A stretch of 64,000 nt of DNA from an uncultured Actinomycetota bacterium. Lineage in GTDB: Bacteria > Actinomycetota > Actinomycetes > Streptosporangiales > Streptosporangiaceae. A program made the position numbers and the translations under genes. The stretch spans positions 147 through 64,146 of the forward strand of contig CAWGIM010000018.1 in NCBI GenBank assembly GCA_963822615.1, written 5' to 3'. This document shows, in pieces, positions 41,837-51,361 of this stretch (positions are counted from its first letter, which is position 1; each line of letters begins with the position of its first letter). Under the pieces are notes generated by a model, which searched no databases, was not told where the DNA came from, and was given only the letters and a program-made list of their open reading frames with translations.

Positions 41837-42607
41837 GTGGTTCGCAAGTTGACGGCCGAAGCGCTGGGCACGGGGGTGCTGGTGTTCTTCGGTGCAGGGG
41901 TAGCGACACTCATGTTCGGCTTCCACTTCGCCGGCGCTAGTACCGCGGCCGGCGTGGTCGCCACCGCACTGGCGTTCGGGCTGGTGCTGCTCGCGCTCGT
42001 CTACGCACTCGGCCCGGTCTCCGGGTGCCATCTCAACCCAGCGGTCACCCTCGGCGCGCTGCTATCCGGCCGGATCAAGGCGGCCGACGCCGCCGCGTAC
42101 TGGATCGCCCAGTTCGCCGGCGGGATACTCGGGGCCCTGCTGCTGTGGGCGGTCGTCGCCCGCTCGCCGTTCTATCACCGGTCCACCACCGGCCTCGGCG
42201 CGAACGGCTGGGGCGCGGCCTCGCTCGTCCACCTCAGCCTGTGGGGCGCCTTCCTGGCCGAGGTCATCCTCACCGCCGTCTTCGTCTACGTCATCATCAC
42301 CGTCACCGGCAAGGACCGCAGCTCCGGCACCGCGGGCCTGGTCATCGGGCTGTCGCTGGCCTTCATCCACCTGGTCGGCATCCCGCTCACCGGCACCTCG
42401 GTCAACCCGGCCCGCAGCCTCGGCCCGGCCCTCGTCGTCGGCGGCCCGGCCCTCAGCCAGGTGTGGCTGTTCATCGTCGCCCCGCTGCTCGGCGCGGTGG
42501 CCGCGGCGGTACTCGACCGGGTGGTGAACCGGCCGTCCGCGGCCGCCGGCGGGCCGGCCACCAGCGACAGCGACGCCTCACGGCTGCTGACGCGCGAGGG
42601 CAGGTAA
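41837..42607 (+). CDS. MIP family channel (aquaporin Z-like)
   Basis: Two NPA motifs: 'SGCHLNPAVT' and 'TSVNPARS'. Confidence 0.93.
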   Translation: MVRKLTAEALGTGVLVFFGAGVATLMFGFHFAGASTAAGVVATALAFGLVLLALVYALGPVSGCHLNPAVTLGALLSGRIKAADAAAYWIAQFAGGILGALLLWAVVARSPFYHRSTTGLGANGWGAASLVHLSLWGAFLAEVILTAVFVYVIITVTGKDRSSGTAGLVIGLSLAFIHLVGIPLTGTSVNPARSLGPALVVGGPALSQVWLFIVAPLLGAVAAAVLDRVVNRPSAAAGGPATSDSDASRLLTREGR

Positions 42608-43483
42608 CAGCGCGGACGGGCGGCGCCGCCGCAGCCCGGCGGCGCCGCCCGCGAGCAGGACGGCGCCTGCCAGCACGGCCGCCAGCCACGGGGTCAGGCT
42701 CGCAGCCGCCCGCGGCGCGGTGCCGCCGAACCCGGTCCCCGCACCGCCGCTGGGCATCGCCGTGACTCCGGCCGCGTCGGTCACGTCGTCAGCCTTGAGC
42801 CCGGACGAGCCGTCGAGGACGACGATCGTGTGCACGGTGCCCGAGGTCAGCGTGAGCGGCATGGTCGCGTGCTGGCCGGCGGCGGTGATCGTCACCGGGT
42901 GGCTGCCCGGCGAGACGGCCGTGTACGGGGTGACCGAGCTGAACGCCAGCTGCTCGCTGGAGCCGGCCGAGCCGTAGCTGACCGTGACCCGATCCTGCTT
43001 CAGTGACGCCTGCAGGACCCGGACCAGGGACTTCCCCGGCGGCGTAGCCATCTGGTCCTTCAGCACCTCGACCCGCAGGCCCGGGTCAGGCCCGAGCGCG
43101 GCGACCGTGTAGGCCGTCTTGGCAGTCACCATGAAGCTGGAGACCAGCGCCGGCTTGCTCGACGCGGGCGCATCGAAGCCCCGCATCGCCACCGTGTACT
43201 GCCCGGGGCCGAGTGCCATGTAGGCCGAGACGTCCCCGTAGGCAACATCCTTGAGCACGGTCGGGTGAACCGGATCGCCGAACGGATACAGGTAGATGTC
43301 CATCGCGGGCGCTTCCGGTGACAGGTGAGCCACCCTGACCCAGCCGTCCTGCGCGCCCAGCGGCGCCGCGGACGCGGCCGCCGGGCCGATGAGGAGGCCG
43401 GCCCCGGCCAGGCCCGCCAGCAGCAGCGGGAGGGCGGCCAGCCTGACAACGAACCGCAGCAACTTGACTCTCATCCCGGACAT
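42578..43483 (-). CDS. DUF4397-type surface protein with putative class F sortase signal
   Basis: Signal peptide and 'VRVAHLSPEAPAMDIY'. C-terminal 'PSGGAGTG', then TM and RRRR. Confidence 0.75.
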   Translation of the reverse strand: MSGMRVKLLRFVVRLAALPLLLAGLAGAGLLIGPAAASAAPLGAQDGWVRVAHLSPEAPAMDIYLYPFGDPVHPTVLKDVAYGDVSAYMALGPGQYTVAMRGFDAPASSKPALVSSFMVTAKTAYTVAALGPDPGLRVEVLKDQMATPPGKSLVRVLQASLKQDRVTVSYGSAGSSEQLAFSSVTPYTAVSPGSHPVTITAAGQHATMPLTLTSGTVHTIVVLDGSSGLKADDVTDAAGVTAMPSGGAGTGFGGTAPRAAASLTPWLAAVLAGAVLLAGGAAGLRRRRPSALLPALARQQP

Positions 43484-43518
43484 CCGATCAATAGCCCCGT
43501 CAACAATGAATTCACCGG

Positions 43519-44601
43519 TCACGCCCTCGCGTTAGCTGGTTGCCAGTCGGCGCTGAGGACCGGCGTGAGCAATCCGAGCGGCCCCGGCGAGGCGAACTGA
43601 ATGACCAGCTCGTCCTGCCCGGGGCCCGACTTGACCAGGCCCGAGCGCATCGGCCGGTAGGCGCCTTGCTGCGCGCTCACCATGGCCAGCGCGGTCCCCA
43701 GGCTGCCACCCGGGTTCCCGCCGCCACTGCCCAGGGTCACCTCCCGGAAGAGCGGCGCGACCCCGGGGGAGGCGTCGCCAAATGCGACCACTCGCAGCTT
43801 GACCTGTGACGACAGGGCCGCCAGGGTCGCCAGCAGCCGGGTGTCCACAGCGCCCGCCCGCAACTGCGCGGCGTCGGCGGGGCTGAACACGAGGCGGGAG
43901 TTGCGCGAGAGCTGGGCACCCGCGCTCTCGCGGGCCGACCGGTCGGCCCGCAGGGCCGACTGGTACGCCGCCGGGCCCCCCGGCGCTGCCGCCCGGACCT
44001 CGACCCGGGCGGCGCCCGATCCGAAGCTCGCGATCAGCGCGGGGGCGTATTCCTCGACCTTGTCCGCCTGCCCCTGGCCGGCCGCCGAGTCCGTCGCGAT
44101 GACGTCCGCCCTGGACAGGCCCGCCATCCCCGGGGCCAGCGTCACCAGCCGGCTGGCGTTAAGTCCCTGCGCCTGCAGGGCGCTGCACATCACCGGGGAG
44201 CAGCCGATCACCGCGCCGTCACTGACCTGGCTAGCGATCCAGCTAGCGGCCGCCGCCTGGGCGGGCGCGGGTGGCCGCGGCGACGCCACCCCGGTCGACG
44301 AGGGCAGCGACGGGGAAGGCGCGGGCCGCTCGGCCGCCTTGGCGGGCGCGGCCGCTGAGGACGCGGCTGGCGAGAAGGTACCGGCGAAGTACAAGGCAAC
44401 TAGCGCAACCACTGCCGCGACCACGCCTGCCGCCACCAGCACGCGGGCCGGGCCGGCCCGGCGCAGCCGCCGCGAGCCCCACAGCTCCACCGTGGTGAGC
44501 AGGACGCGCCCCCAGGAAGGTTCACGGGAAACGCCTCGTGCGGAGGCCCGGCCCGGCGCCTGCTTGCGCTGGGCCGCGGGCGCGGCGTCATTCCGCTGCA
44601 C
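43519..44601 (-). CDS. Hypothetical single-TM membrane protein
   Basis: This is the coding part of the 43519..45273 ORF. Likely GTG start at 44601; TM 'VLVAAGVVAAVVALVALYF'. The start is uncertain. Confidence 0.55.
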   Translation of the reverse strand: MQRNDAAPAAQRKQAPGRASARGVSREPSWGRVLLTTVELWGSRRLRRAGPARVLVAAGVVAAVVALVALYFAGTFSPAASSAAAPAKAAERPAPSPSLPSSTGVASPRPPAPAQAAAASWIASQVSDGAVIGCSPVMCSALQAQGLNASRLVTLAPGMAGLSRADVIATDSAAGQGQADKVEEYAPALIASFGSGAARVEVRAAAPGGPAAYQSALRADRSARESAGAQLSRNSRLVFSPADAAQLRAGAVDTRLLATLAALSSQVKLRVVAFGDASPGVAPLFREVTLGSGGGNPGGSLGTALAMVSAQQGAYRPMRSGLVKSGPGQDELVIQFASPGPLGLLTPVLSADWQPANARA

Positions 44602-44730
44602 ACCCCCACCCCCTTGGCCTCTGGCACGACATTGGCCGTCAGACGCTAGCCAACCACGCAAATAGCAACGAAACAGTTTGTATCGATGAATGTCGGAGAA
44701 TGGCGGGCCGCGGACGTGGTTGGCTGTCTT

Positions 44731-45543
44731 ATGGCCCCGCCACCGCGTACGCCGCCCGAGCCTTCCTGGCCGACGGTCATCGCGACCACGCTGCGGCTCT
44801 GGCTGGAGCGTCACCCGGTACGCGCCGGCCGCTGGGCGGTCCACCTCGCACCGCTGCTCGCCCTGGCCCGGGCGGCCGAGCGCCGTGGCTTCGACCGTGA
44901 CGGCGGCGGGCATGACACGGCCCGGCCGCGGAGCCGCCTCGCGGTCGCGGCAATCGCCGCGGGCGCGCTCCTGCTGGCGGGCGGCGTCGCCGGGCTGTTG
45001 CTGGCCCGCCCCGCGGCCACTCCCCCGCCGGGCGCCGCCGACGTCATCCCGGCCCCGGTAGGGCCGGTCGCAGGCATCGTCAGGGCGAACGACGCCACCG
45101 TCCCGCCGCCGGTCACGCTCACCATCCCGGACATCGGCGTGCAGACCAGCCTGGTCCACCTGGGCCTGACCGCGGCCGGCGCGCTTGCGGTGCCGAAGTC
45201 GACCGCGGTGGCCGGCTGGTACACCGGCGGCCCGCGGCCCGGCGCGATCGGGCCGGCCGTCATCGCCGGGCACATCGACTCCCGCGTCGGCCCCGGCATC
45301 TTCTTCCGCCTGGCGTCACTGCGGCCGGGCGATCGCGTCTACGTGCGCCGGTCGGACGGGACGCTGGTGGTCTTCCTGGTCCGGTCCGTCCAGACCTACG
45401 TGAAGGACCACTTCCCCACGCTCGCCGTGTACGGGCCGACCCCCGACGCTGAGCTGCGCCTCATCACCTGCGGCGGCACCTTCGACCCGCAGCTCAAGTC
45501 CTACCTCAGCAACACCGTCGTCTACGCGACCCAGGACAGCTAG
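44731..45543 (+). CDS. Class F sortase
   Basis: 'GWY..GP.PG..G.AVIAGH.D', 'F..L..L..GD', 'LRLITCGG' and 'N.VVYA'. Confidence 0.9.
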   Translation: MAPPPRTPPEPSWPTVIATTLRLWLERHPVRAGRWAVHLAPLLALARAAERRGFDRDGGGHDTARPRSRLAVAAIAAGALLLAGGVAGLLLARPAATPPPGAADVIPAPVGPVAGIVRANDATVPPPVTLTIPDIGVQTSLVHLGLTAAGALAVPKSTAVAGWYTGGPRPGAIGPAVIAGHIDSRVGPGIFFRLASLRPGDRVYVRRSDGTLVVFLVRSVQTYVKDHFPTLAVYGPTPDAELRLITCGGTFDPQLKSYLSNTVVYATQDS

Positions 45544-45576
45544 CGGCGCCGTCATCCGGCCGGCTGCGTGCCCGGC

Positions 45577-45768
45577 CTAGTGCGCTGCCCGCCGGAAGAC
45601 GCGATAGCCCAGTACCGCGTTCGCCACCGCGCCCGCGAGCGTCAGCAAGGCCCAGCCCCAGTAGCCATAGCCCAGCAGCACGCCGGTCAGGGCGAGCAGC
45701 CAGACCGTGACCGCCAGCCGGATCAGTATGACCGTGCGCGGGTGCCTGAAGTCGAATCCCGTTGCCAT
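45577..45768 (-). CDS. Small membrane protein (63 aa)
   Basis: ATG after AAGGGAG; two TM segments. Confidence 0.65.
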   Translation of the reverse strand: MATGFDFRHPRTVILIRLAVTVWLLALTGVLLGYGYWGWALLTLAGAVANAVLGYRVFRRAAH

Positions 45769-45908
45769 GATGATCTCCCTTGATCAACGGGCGGTGAGCG
45801 TGTCCATCCCCCACCATCTCTACCCAGTCTCCGGCCAACGGGTGTGCCTGGCTAGTGAGCGTGCCTGACGACAACCCGGTGGCGGGCCGCCGTCGATCCC
45901 GCTGACCG

Positions 45909-46406
45909 CTAGAAGCGGACCAGGTTGGTGGTCGGATCGTTGACCGCGACGTGGGCGTGCGCGGTCGTGTGGTGCGCGCCGTGCCCGTACCCGGGGTAGC
46001 TGCCCGTGGTGGAGCCGTACCAGGACTGGGTGAGCGTGATGCTGATCTTGGTGTACTTGTAGTTGCTGCCGGTGAGCAAGATGTCAACGGGGCCGTTCCG
46101 GTAGCTGCCCATCCGGCCCCAGTCGTACTTGCCGATGCCGCAGACCTGGTCCTGGCCGACCTTGGTCCAGTGCACCGCGTACACCACGCCGTCCCCCAGC
46201 GGCAGGTAGCCGAACCGGCCGGTCACCGGGTCGGCGTTCTGCAGCTTGTACTCCTTGACCTGGTCGTTGACGTTTCGCTCGACCACGACCGCCTTGGACG
46301 GCGTGCCCGGCGGGACCGTCGCGGCCTGCGACACCCCGGCTCCGGTTCCCAGCAGGGCGACGCTGGCGGCGGCCGCCGCGGCGACCCTCCGCATGTGTAG
46401 GTTCAT
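45909..46406 (-). CDS. Secreted hypothetical protein
   Basis: Signal peptide 'MRRVAAAAAASVALLGTGAGVSQA'; host-like codon use. Confidence 0.65.
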   Translation of the reverse strand: MNLHMRRVAAAAAASVALLGTGAGVSQAATVPPGTPSKAVVVERNVNDQVKEYKLQNADPVTGRFGYLPLGDGVVYAVHWTKVGQDQVCGIGKYDWGRMGSYRNGPVDILLTGSNYKYTKISITLTQSWYGSTTGSYPGYGHGAHHTTAHAHVAVNDPTTNLVRF

Positions 46407-46478
46407 GAGGCATATCGAAGCGCTGAAACCCTCAGTATTCAATGCGCCACGCAGCGTATTAGTGCGGCACCCGAGCGG

Positions 46479-47033
46479 CTAGGTCCCGGCGGGCGCGTAG
46501 GCCAGCGCAAGCAGCCCGGACGAGAAGGCCTTGCTGGAGAGCAGCCGGAGCCTGGTGAAGTCGGTGAACAGGGCCACGCCCTTCCCCGCGACGGCGGGCA
46601 CCACCAGAAAGCTGTACTCATCGACCAGGCCGAGCTGAATCAGCGACCGGGCGAACGAGGTGCCGCCGTGGGCGAGGATGTCGCCGCCGGGCTCCGCCTT
46701 GAGCTTGGCGACCTCAGCTTCGGTGTCGCCCGCCGCGATCGTGGTCTTCGGCCAGGACGCCTCGCGCAGCGTCCGGGAGAACACCACCTTGGGGATGTCG
46801 TTCATGGGAGCGGCGTTGACGTGCGTGCTTGACGGCCAGTACTCGGCGAACGCGAGGTAGGTAACCCGGCCCATGATGTGCGTGCCGACCTGCCGCAGCC
46901 GGGCGAGGCCGTACTCTTCCTGCTCGCCGTCTTCGCCCTCGTCAAGCTGCATGAAGTAGTCGAAAAGCTCGGTTCCCGGGTCACAGCTATACCCGTCGAG
47001 CGAGATAAAGGCCGAAAGTACTAGCTTCCGCAT
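46479..47033 (-). CDS. Dihydrofolate reductase family (RibD C-terminal domain) protein
   Basis: 'MRKLVL..FISLDG', 'MGR.TY', 'IPKVVFSRTL' and 'GG..FA.SL...GLVDEY'. Confidence 0.88.
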   Translation of the reverse strand: MRKLVLSAFISLDGYSCDPGTELFDYFMQLDEGEDGEQEEYGLARLRQVGTHIMGRVTYLAFAEYWPSSTHVNAAPMNDIPKVVFSRTLREASWPKTTIAAGDTEAEVAKLKAEPGGDILAHGGTSFARSLIQLGLVDEYSFLVVPAVAGKGVALFTDFTRLRLLSSKAFSSGLLALAYAPAGT

Positions 47034-47186
47034 TCACTGCCTCCTGGTCGGCGCCAACTGCGAACTAGGACGGCGCGGCGGGCCGGATTTCATCGGGCCG
47101 GGCGACGGTGACCACTGTCCGGCCGCCGGGTTCGGTGCCATCCTTGAGTGAAGAGGTGACCGGGCAATGGCAGCGCTGGAGGTTCG

Positions 47187-47678
47187 TTGATTACTATCTT
47201 CCCGCTGTTTGAGTGGGTGCTGGGCGCCGACCAGCCGAACACCTCGCTTAAGAGCCGGATGGCCCAGGCGATCCCGCTGTACCGGGGGGCGCTCGCCGAC
47301 TGCGAGCGGGTGCGGGGCGCCGACCACCCGAGCACCCTCCGGGCCCGGAACAACCTGGCGATGGCCTACCGCGCCGCGGGTCGAACAGCCGAGGCGATCC
47401 CGTTGCTTGCACAGACGCTTGAGGACTCCGAACGGGTGCGTGGCGCTAACCACCCAGACACGCGCACGACGCGGAACAACCTCACGCTGGCCTACCGGGC
47501 CGCGGGTCGGACGACCGAGGCGATCCCGTTGCTTGAGCAGACGCTGGCCGACTGCGAGCGGAGGCTGGGCGCCGGCCACCCCGACACCCGCGCGGCCCGC
47601 GACGACCTGGCCGCTTTGACCGGCAAGCCGAAAGGCACCGGCGGGCACGGTCCGCACTCTGACCTGGGGAAACTCTAA
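47187..47678 (+). pseudogene. C-terminal fragment of a tetratricopeptide-repeat protein
   Basis: Three 42-aa repeats ('AIPL...L.D.ER..GA.HP.T...RNNLA.AY'). At DNA level AGGCGATCCCG recurs at 47266, 47392 and 47518 (126-bp period). No N-terminal domain. Confidence 0.7.
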
Positions 47679-47680
47679 TC

Positions 47681-47739
47681 AGTTAAGCAGACGCTTGACT
47701 ATTAGCGCGCGGATCCGCATAGTTAAGCATGTGCTTGAC
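47681..47739 (+). promoter_or_regulatory. Promoter TTGACT-N17-CATAGT overlapped by two near-palindromic operator repeats
   Basis: -35 at 47695-47700 and -10 at 47718-47723. Repeats AGTTAAGCAGACGCTTGAC (47681) and AGTTAAGCATGTGCTTGAC (47721) are 40 bp apart; the second covers the ArsR start codon. Confidence 0.65.
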
Positions 47740-48078
47740 CAAACGACCGACCTCGATCGCATGTTCCACGCGCTGGCAGATGGCAGCAGGCGCTCGATGG
47801 TCGAGCGCCTGTGCTCGGGTCCCGCCTCCGTGGGGGACCTGGCACGCCCCCTCGACATCTCGCTAGCGGCGGTGCTCCAGCACGTTCAAGTGCTCGAAGC
47901 GTGCGGCGTGGTGACGACCGAGAAGGTCGGCCGGACGCGCATGTGCCGGATTGAACGGGCGGCGATGACCGCCGTCGAGCAGTGGATCGTCGACCGGCGC
48001 CGGAGCTGGGAAACCCGGCTCGACCGACTCGGCGATCTGCTGGGCGAAGAAGCCGCTAACCAGGAGGAGAACCCGTGA
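47731..48078 (+). CDS. ArsR/SmtB family transcriptional regulator
   Basis: 'FHALAD.SRR.MVERL..GPASV..LA.P...SL.AV.QH..VLE..G.V..EKVGRTR.C'. Confidence 0.9.
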   Translation: MLDQTTDLDRMFHALADGSRRSMVERLCSGPASVGDLARPLDISLAAVLQHVQVLEACGVVTTEKVGRTRMCRIERAAMTAVEQWIVDRRRSWETRLDRLGDLLGEEAANQEENP

Positions 48079-48542
48079 CCCCGTCCACCGTCACCCACGA
48101 CACCTTCGTGATCGAGCGCACCTACGATGCCCCGGTCGCCACGGTCTTCCGTGCCTGGGCAGACCCCAAGCGCAAGGCCCGCTGGTTCGCCGGCTCGGCC
48201 GACGCACTCGCCGCGGGCTACGAGCTCGACTTCCGGGTGGGCGGACGAGAGGTAAACCGCGGCGGCCCGCCTGGCGGCCCGGTCTACACCTACGACGCCG
48301 AGTTCCGCGACATCGTCGCGGAACAGCGGATCGTCTGGACGACCGAGATGCTGGCCGACGGCACCCGCATTTCAGTGACCGTCGCGACGGTGGAGTTCCA
48401 CCGGTCGGGCGAGTCGACCCGACTCGTGCTGACCGAGCAGGGAGCGTACCTCGACGGCCACGAGACGCCGGCTCAGCGCGAGCACGGGACCCGGCTGCTG
48501 CTCGACTCCCTTGCCGCGGCCCTCGCGGCCGGCGAGATCTGA
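48075..48542 (+). CDS. SRPBCC (AHSA1-like) domain protein
   Basis: 'F.IERTYDAP...VF.AWADP..KARWF' and 'LDFRVGGRE'. GTGA overlap with ArsR. Confidence 0.88.
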   Translation: MTPSTVTHDTFVIERTYDAPVATVFRAWADPKRKARWFAGSADALAAGYELDFRVGGREVNRGGPPGGPVYTYDAEFRDIVAEQRIVWTTEMLADGTRISVTVATVEFHRSGESTRLVLTEQGAYLDGHETPAQREHGTRLLLDSLAAALAAGEI

Positions 48543-48569
48543 CCGAGGCACCCGCGAGGAGGGCCACTG

Positions 48570-49136
48570 ATGCGAACGGTAGCGTCATTCATTTTCACCA
48601 GCCTCGACGGCTTCTACGAAGGCCCGGACGGGGAGATCGACTGGCCCGTGATCGACGCGGAGTTCAGCAAGTTCGCCGCTGACCAGCTCGACGAGTTCGA
48701 CGCGATCGGCTTCGGACGCGCCACCTACGACCACATGGCCGCCTACTGGCCGACCGAGCAGGCCGAGGTGAACGACCCGGCCATCACCTCGAGAATGAAC
48801 GAGAAGACGAAGTACGTCTTCTCCCGGTCGGCCACCCGCGCGAGATGGCCAGGATCCGTCGTCGTGCACGGTGAGGCGACCGAACTCCTGCCGACGCTCG
48901 AGGCTGGATCAGGCAACGACCTGCTTATCCTCGGCAGTGCCGAGCTGACCGCTGAGCTCGCCCAGGCCGGGCTGCTCGACGAGCTGCGCATCATGATCTG
49001 CCCGGTCCTGCTGGGCCAGGGCCGCTCCCTCTTCGAGCGCCTGCGCGGCCGCGTGCCGCTAACGCTCCTTGGCGTCCGGCAGCTCGGGTCCGGCAACCTC
49101 GTGCTCACCTACCGGCCGCTGCCGCCTGGGAATTAG
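48570..49136 (+). CDS. Dihydrofolate reductase family (RibD C-terminal domain) protein
   Basis: 'SLDGFYEGP.GE.DW', 'FGR.TY..M..YWP', 'GS..L...L...GL.DE' and 'PVLLG.G'. Confidence 0.88.
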   Translation: MRTVASFIFTSLDGFYEGPDGEIDWPVIDAEFSKFAADQLDEFDAIGFGRATYDHMAAYWPTEQAEVNDPAITSRMNEKTKYVFSRSATRARWPGSVVVHGEATELLPTLEAGSGNDLLILGSAELTAELAQAGLLDELRIMICPVLLGQGRSLFERLRGRVPLTLLGVRQLGSGNLVLTYRPLPPGN

Positions 49137-49903
49137 CCTCCGCTTCCGTCTGCGCAGGCTGGGCAGCCGCCGGTCTCGTCCCGCCATTGCGCGACGAACT
49201 GCTCGGTCGCGTTATCAGCTTGCCGGCTCAGCCCGGGCACCACCGGCACGTCGGCATCGGCAAGCCCTACGCCGACGAAGTCAGCAACGCGCCGCACGCT
49301 CCGGGGAAGCCCCGTCGTGACGTCGTCGTAGTGCAACGTCAGGTAGTCCACGTTGATGCTGTTGAGCAGATGGGGCCAGCCAGTCTCGCCCGCGTGCATC
49401 CGCGCGTGCAGCAGCGTCACTCGCCAGAGGTCCAGGGCAGCCGGGGGCGGCGGCGCCTTTTCTCCCGGAGACAGGCGCCAGGTACCTGACACCTCCGCGC
49501 GCCACAGCGAAACGGCCGCGCGCAGGCAGTTGCGCCGGAGGAAGACGGCCCTGAGGTCGTTCGGAAACGTTCGCCGGAACCGTTGATGCCCGGGAAGGCG
49601 GGCCAGCTGCGGGATTTGCGCTGTCCGGCGGATGAGATCTTCCGCGTGCGCCCAGAACACCTTGGCGGCGAACACCCCATTCGGAGTAGTGCCGTGCTTG
49701 AGCGCTGCCCGGAGGTATTCGGCGTAGTTAGCCTTGTCCGGGGCTGGCAGGCCGAAGCGCGACGCCCACTCCTTTTCCTGCCACCGCCAGAAGTACTCCT
49801 CGGGACGACCCATGCATCCGGTCTGCGTGAGCGCGCGGGCAAGAACGGTGCTGCCCGTCCTCGGGTTTCCGACGATCAGGTACGCGCGCCGAGGCTCCGT
49901 CAC
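49133..49903 (-). CDS. Stf0-family sulfotransferase
   Basis: 5'-PSB motif 'GNPRTGSTVL', 'G.PEEYF', 'TPNGVFAAK..W' and 'AVS.WRA..SG.W'. Confidence 0.8.
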   Translation of the reverse strand: MTEPRRAYLIVGNPRTGSTVLARALTQTGCMGRPEEYFWRWQEKEWASRFGLPAPDKANYAEYLRAALKHGTTPNGVFAAKVFWAHAEDLIRRTAQIPQLARLPGHQRFRRTFPNDLRAVFLRRNCLRAAVSLWRAEVSGTWRLSPGEKAPPPPAALDLWRVTLLHARMHAGETGWPHLLNSINVDYLTLHYDDVTTGLPRSVRRVADFVGVGLADADVPVVPGLSRQADNATEQFVAQWRDETGGCPACADGSGG

Positions 49904-49998
49904 GCCCCAAACGCTACCTGGCCGACCGAGCACGGGCCGGGGAGCGCAGCGGGCAAAACCAGGAGACTAACCTCAGGCGGCCTTGCTACTTTTCGCTG

Positions 49999-50471
49999 GT
50001 GGACGATGACGCCTTCCCCCGCTACGTGGCCGACCGTCTGGGCGAGCTGCCCGGAGTTACCGCGGTCACCCTGGGCGGGTCACGCGCGGCGGGCACGCAG
50101 CGGCCGGACAGCGACTGGGACTTCTGCCCACGCCTGAGTACCCCCGCGCCCTGCGCGAGCGGGCCCCGAAAGTCTGGTGGGGCAAGGCCGAGCGGACCTT
50201 CGACTACGCGCGGAAATCTCACGCGCTGCACGGCCGCCATGCCCAGACGGCCGGCCTCACCGCCCAGGCCGCCTGCTACGCGGCGCACGCCGTCCTGGCC
50301 GCCCGCGGCCAGTGGGTCACCAACGAGAAAATCCTGCTCACCCGCGCCGGGCTGCGGGAGGTAGACGAACTCTTCGCGGCCGGCCGATCGGCTCCCGAGG
50401 CACTGCTCGACCTAGTGGACCGGACTCGCGACCTTTGCTCAGCAGCCCTGCGGGAGGCCATCGGGAGCTAG
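49999..50471 (+). pseudogene. Nucleotidyltransferase-domain protein, internally deleted and frameshifted
   Basis: N-terminal 'LGGSRA.GT.RPDSDWDF' joins out of frame near 50130 to a C-terminal segment 'PEYPRALRERAP..WW...AHAVLAARGQWVTNEK.LL.RAGL', which ends TAG at 50469-50471. Confidence 0.7.
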
Positions 50472-50951
50472 CTGCTTCGCGAACCAGTGCTCGGCCAGCG
50501 GATCATCGCCGTAAGGCGGAATCTTCTGGTAGCCGTGCTTACCGTAAAGGGCACGCGCCTCGACCAGATCGCTGCGCGTATTGAGGCGGATTAGCGACGC
50601 ACCGTCCTTGCGAGCGTATTGTTCGGCCGCCGCGAGGAGGAGGCCTGCGACGCCTGCCCCGCGCGCTTCCGGCCGGACGAACATGCGGGTCAGCTCCCTG
50701 GTTTGCGCATCGAGCCAGCGCAGCCCCACGCAACCGAGCGGACGTAGCGCATCACCGCCGGCCCGCTGGGCGAGCAGGAGGACACCGGACGGCTCGACAA
50801 GATCGTCGCTGCCGTGACCGGAGCCAAGGTGCTGGCTGATTTCGGCGTCGTCGGCGGGCCGGCCGTAGTAGCGGCTGATCATCTCGCCCAGGTAGTCACG
50901 CAAGATCTCCGCTGCCGCAGGAAGATCCGGGGCAGCGGCCTCAATGGTCAC
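50439..50951 (-). CDS. GNAT family N-acetyltransferase
   Basis: 'GCVGLR', 'ELTRMFVRPEARG.GVA..LL', 'IRLNTR.DL.EA..LY.KHGY' and 'HWF.K.L'. Confidence 0.85.
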   Translation of the reverse strand: MTIEAAAPDLPAAAEILRDYLGEMISRYYGRPADDAEISQHLGSGHGSDDLVEPSGVLLLAQRAGGDALRPLGCVGLRWLDAQTRELTRMFVRPEARGAGVAGLLLAAAEQYARKDGASLIRLNTRSDLVEARALYGKHGYQKIPPYGDDPLAEHWFAKQLAPDGLPQGC

Positions 50952-51361
50952 TGGTGCGAATCGCCTCGAGCCCACTCACTGGATTCTGCCAGTTGCCCAG
51001 TGATTACTTCCCCGGGCGCTCAGGCTACGGTGCCACAGAAGTATTGAGGATTATTCGGCTTTTCGAGTCACTGCAATCCAGCTCAGGCAGCCTTCTGCGG
51101 CCAGAACTTTGGCGGATCCGTTGCCGGGTTGCGGACCCCATAGCGATGATCACGTCCGGGATCGAGGCCTTTCAGGGTCACCAGCCGCTGCCCATCGGCA
51201 GTTGCCAGTTCCTGCAGCACCGATGGAAGTGCGGCACAGACTGCCGCCATCGCCAGGCCGAGCCCGGTAAGCCCGTCCTGCTTGCCGTTAGGCGAGCTGG
51301 CGGATGGTGGCGACCCAACAACACGAGAGGCCGGATCCTTATTCGGATTCGCCCTCTATGC

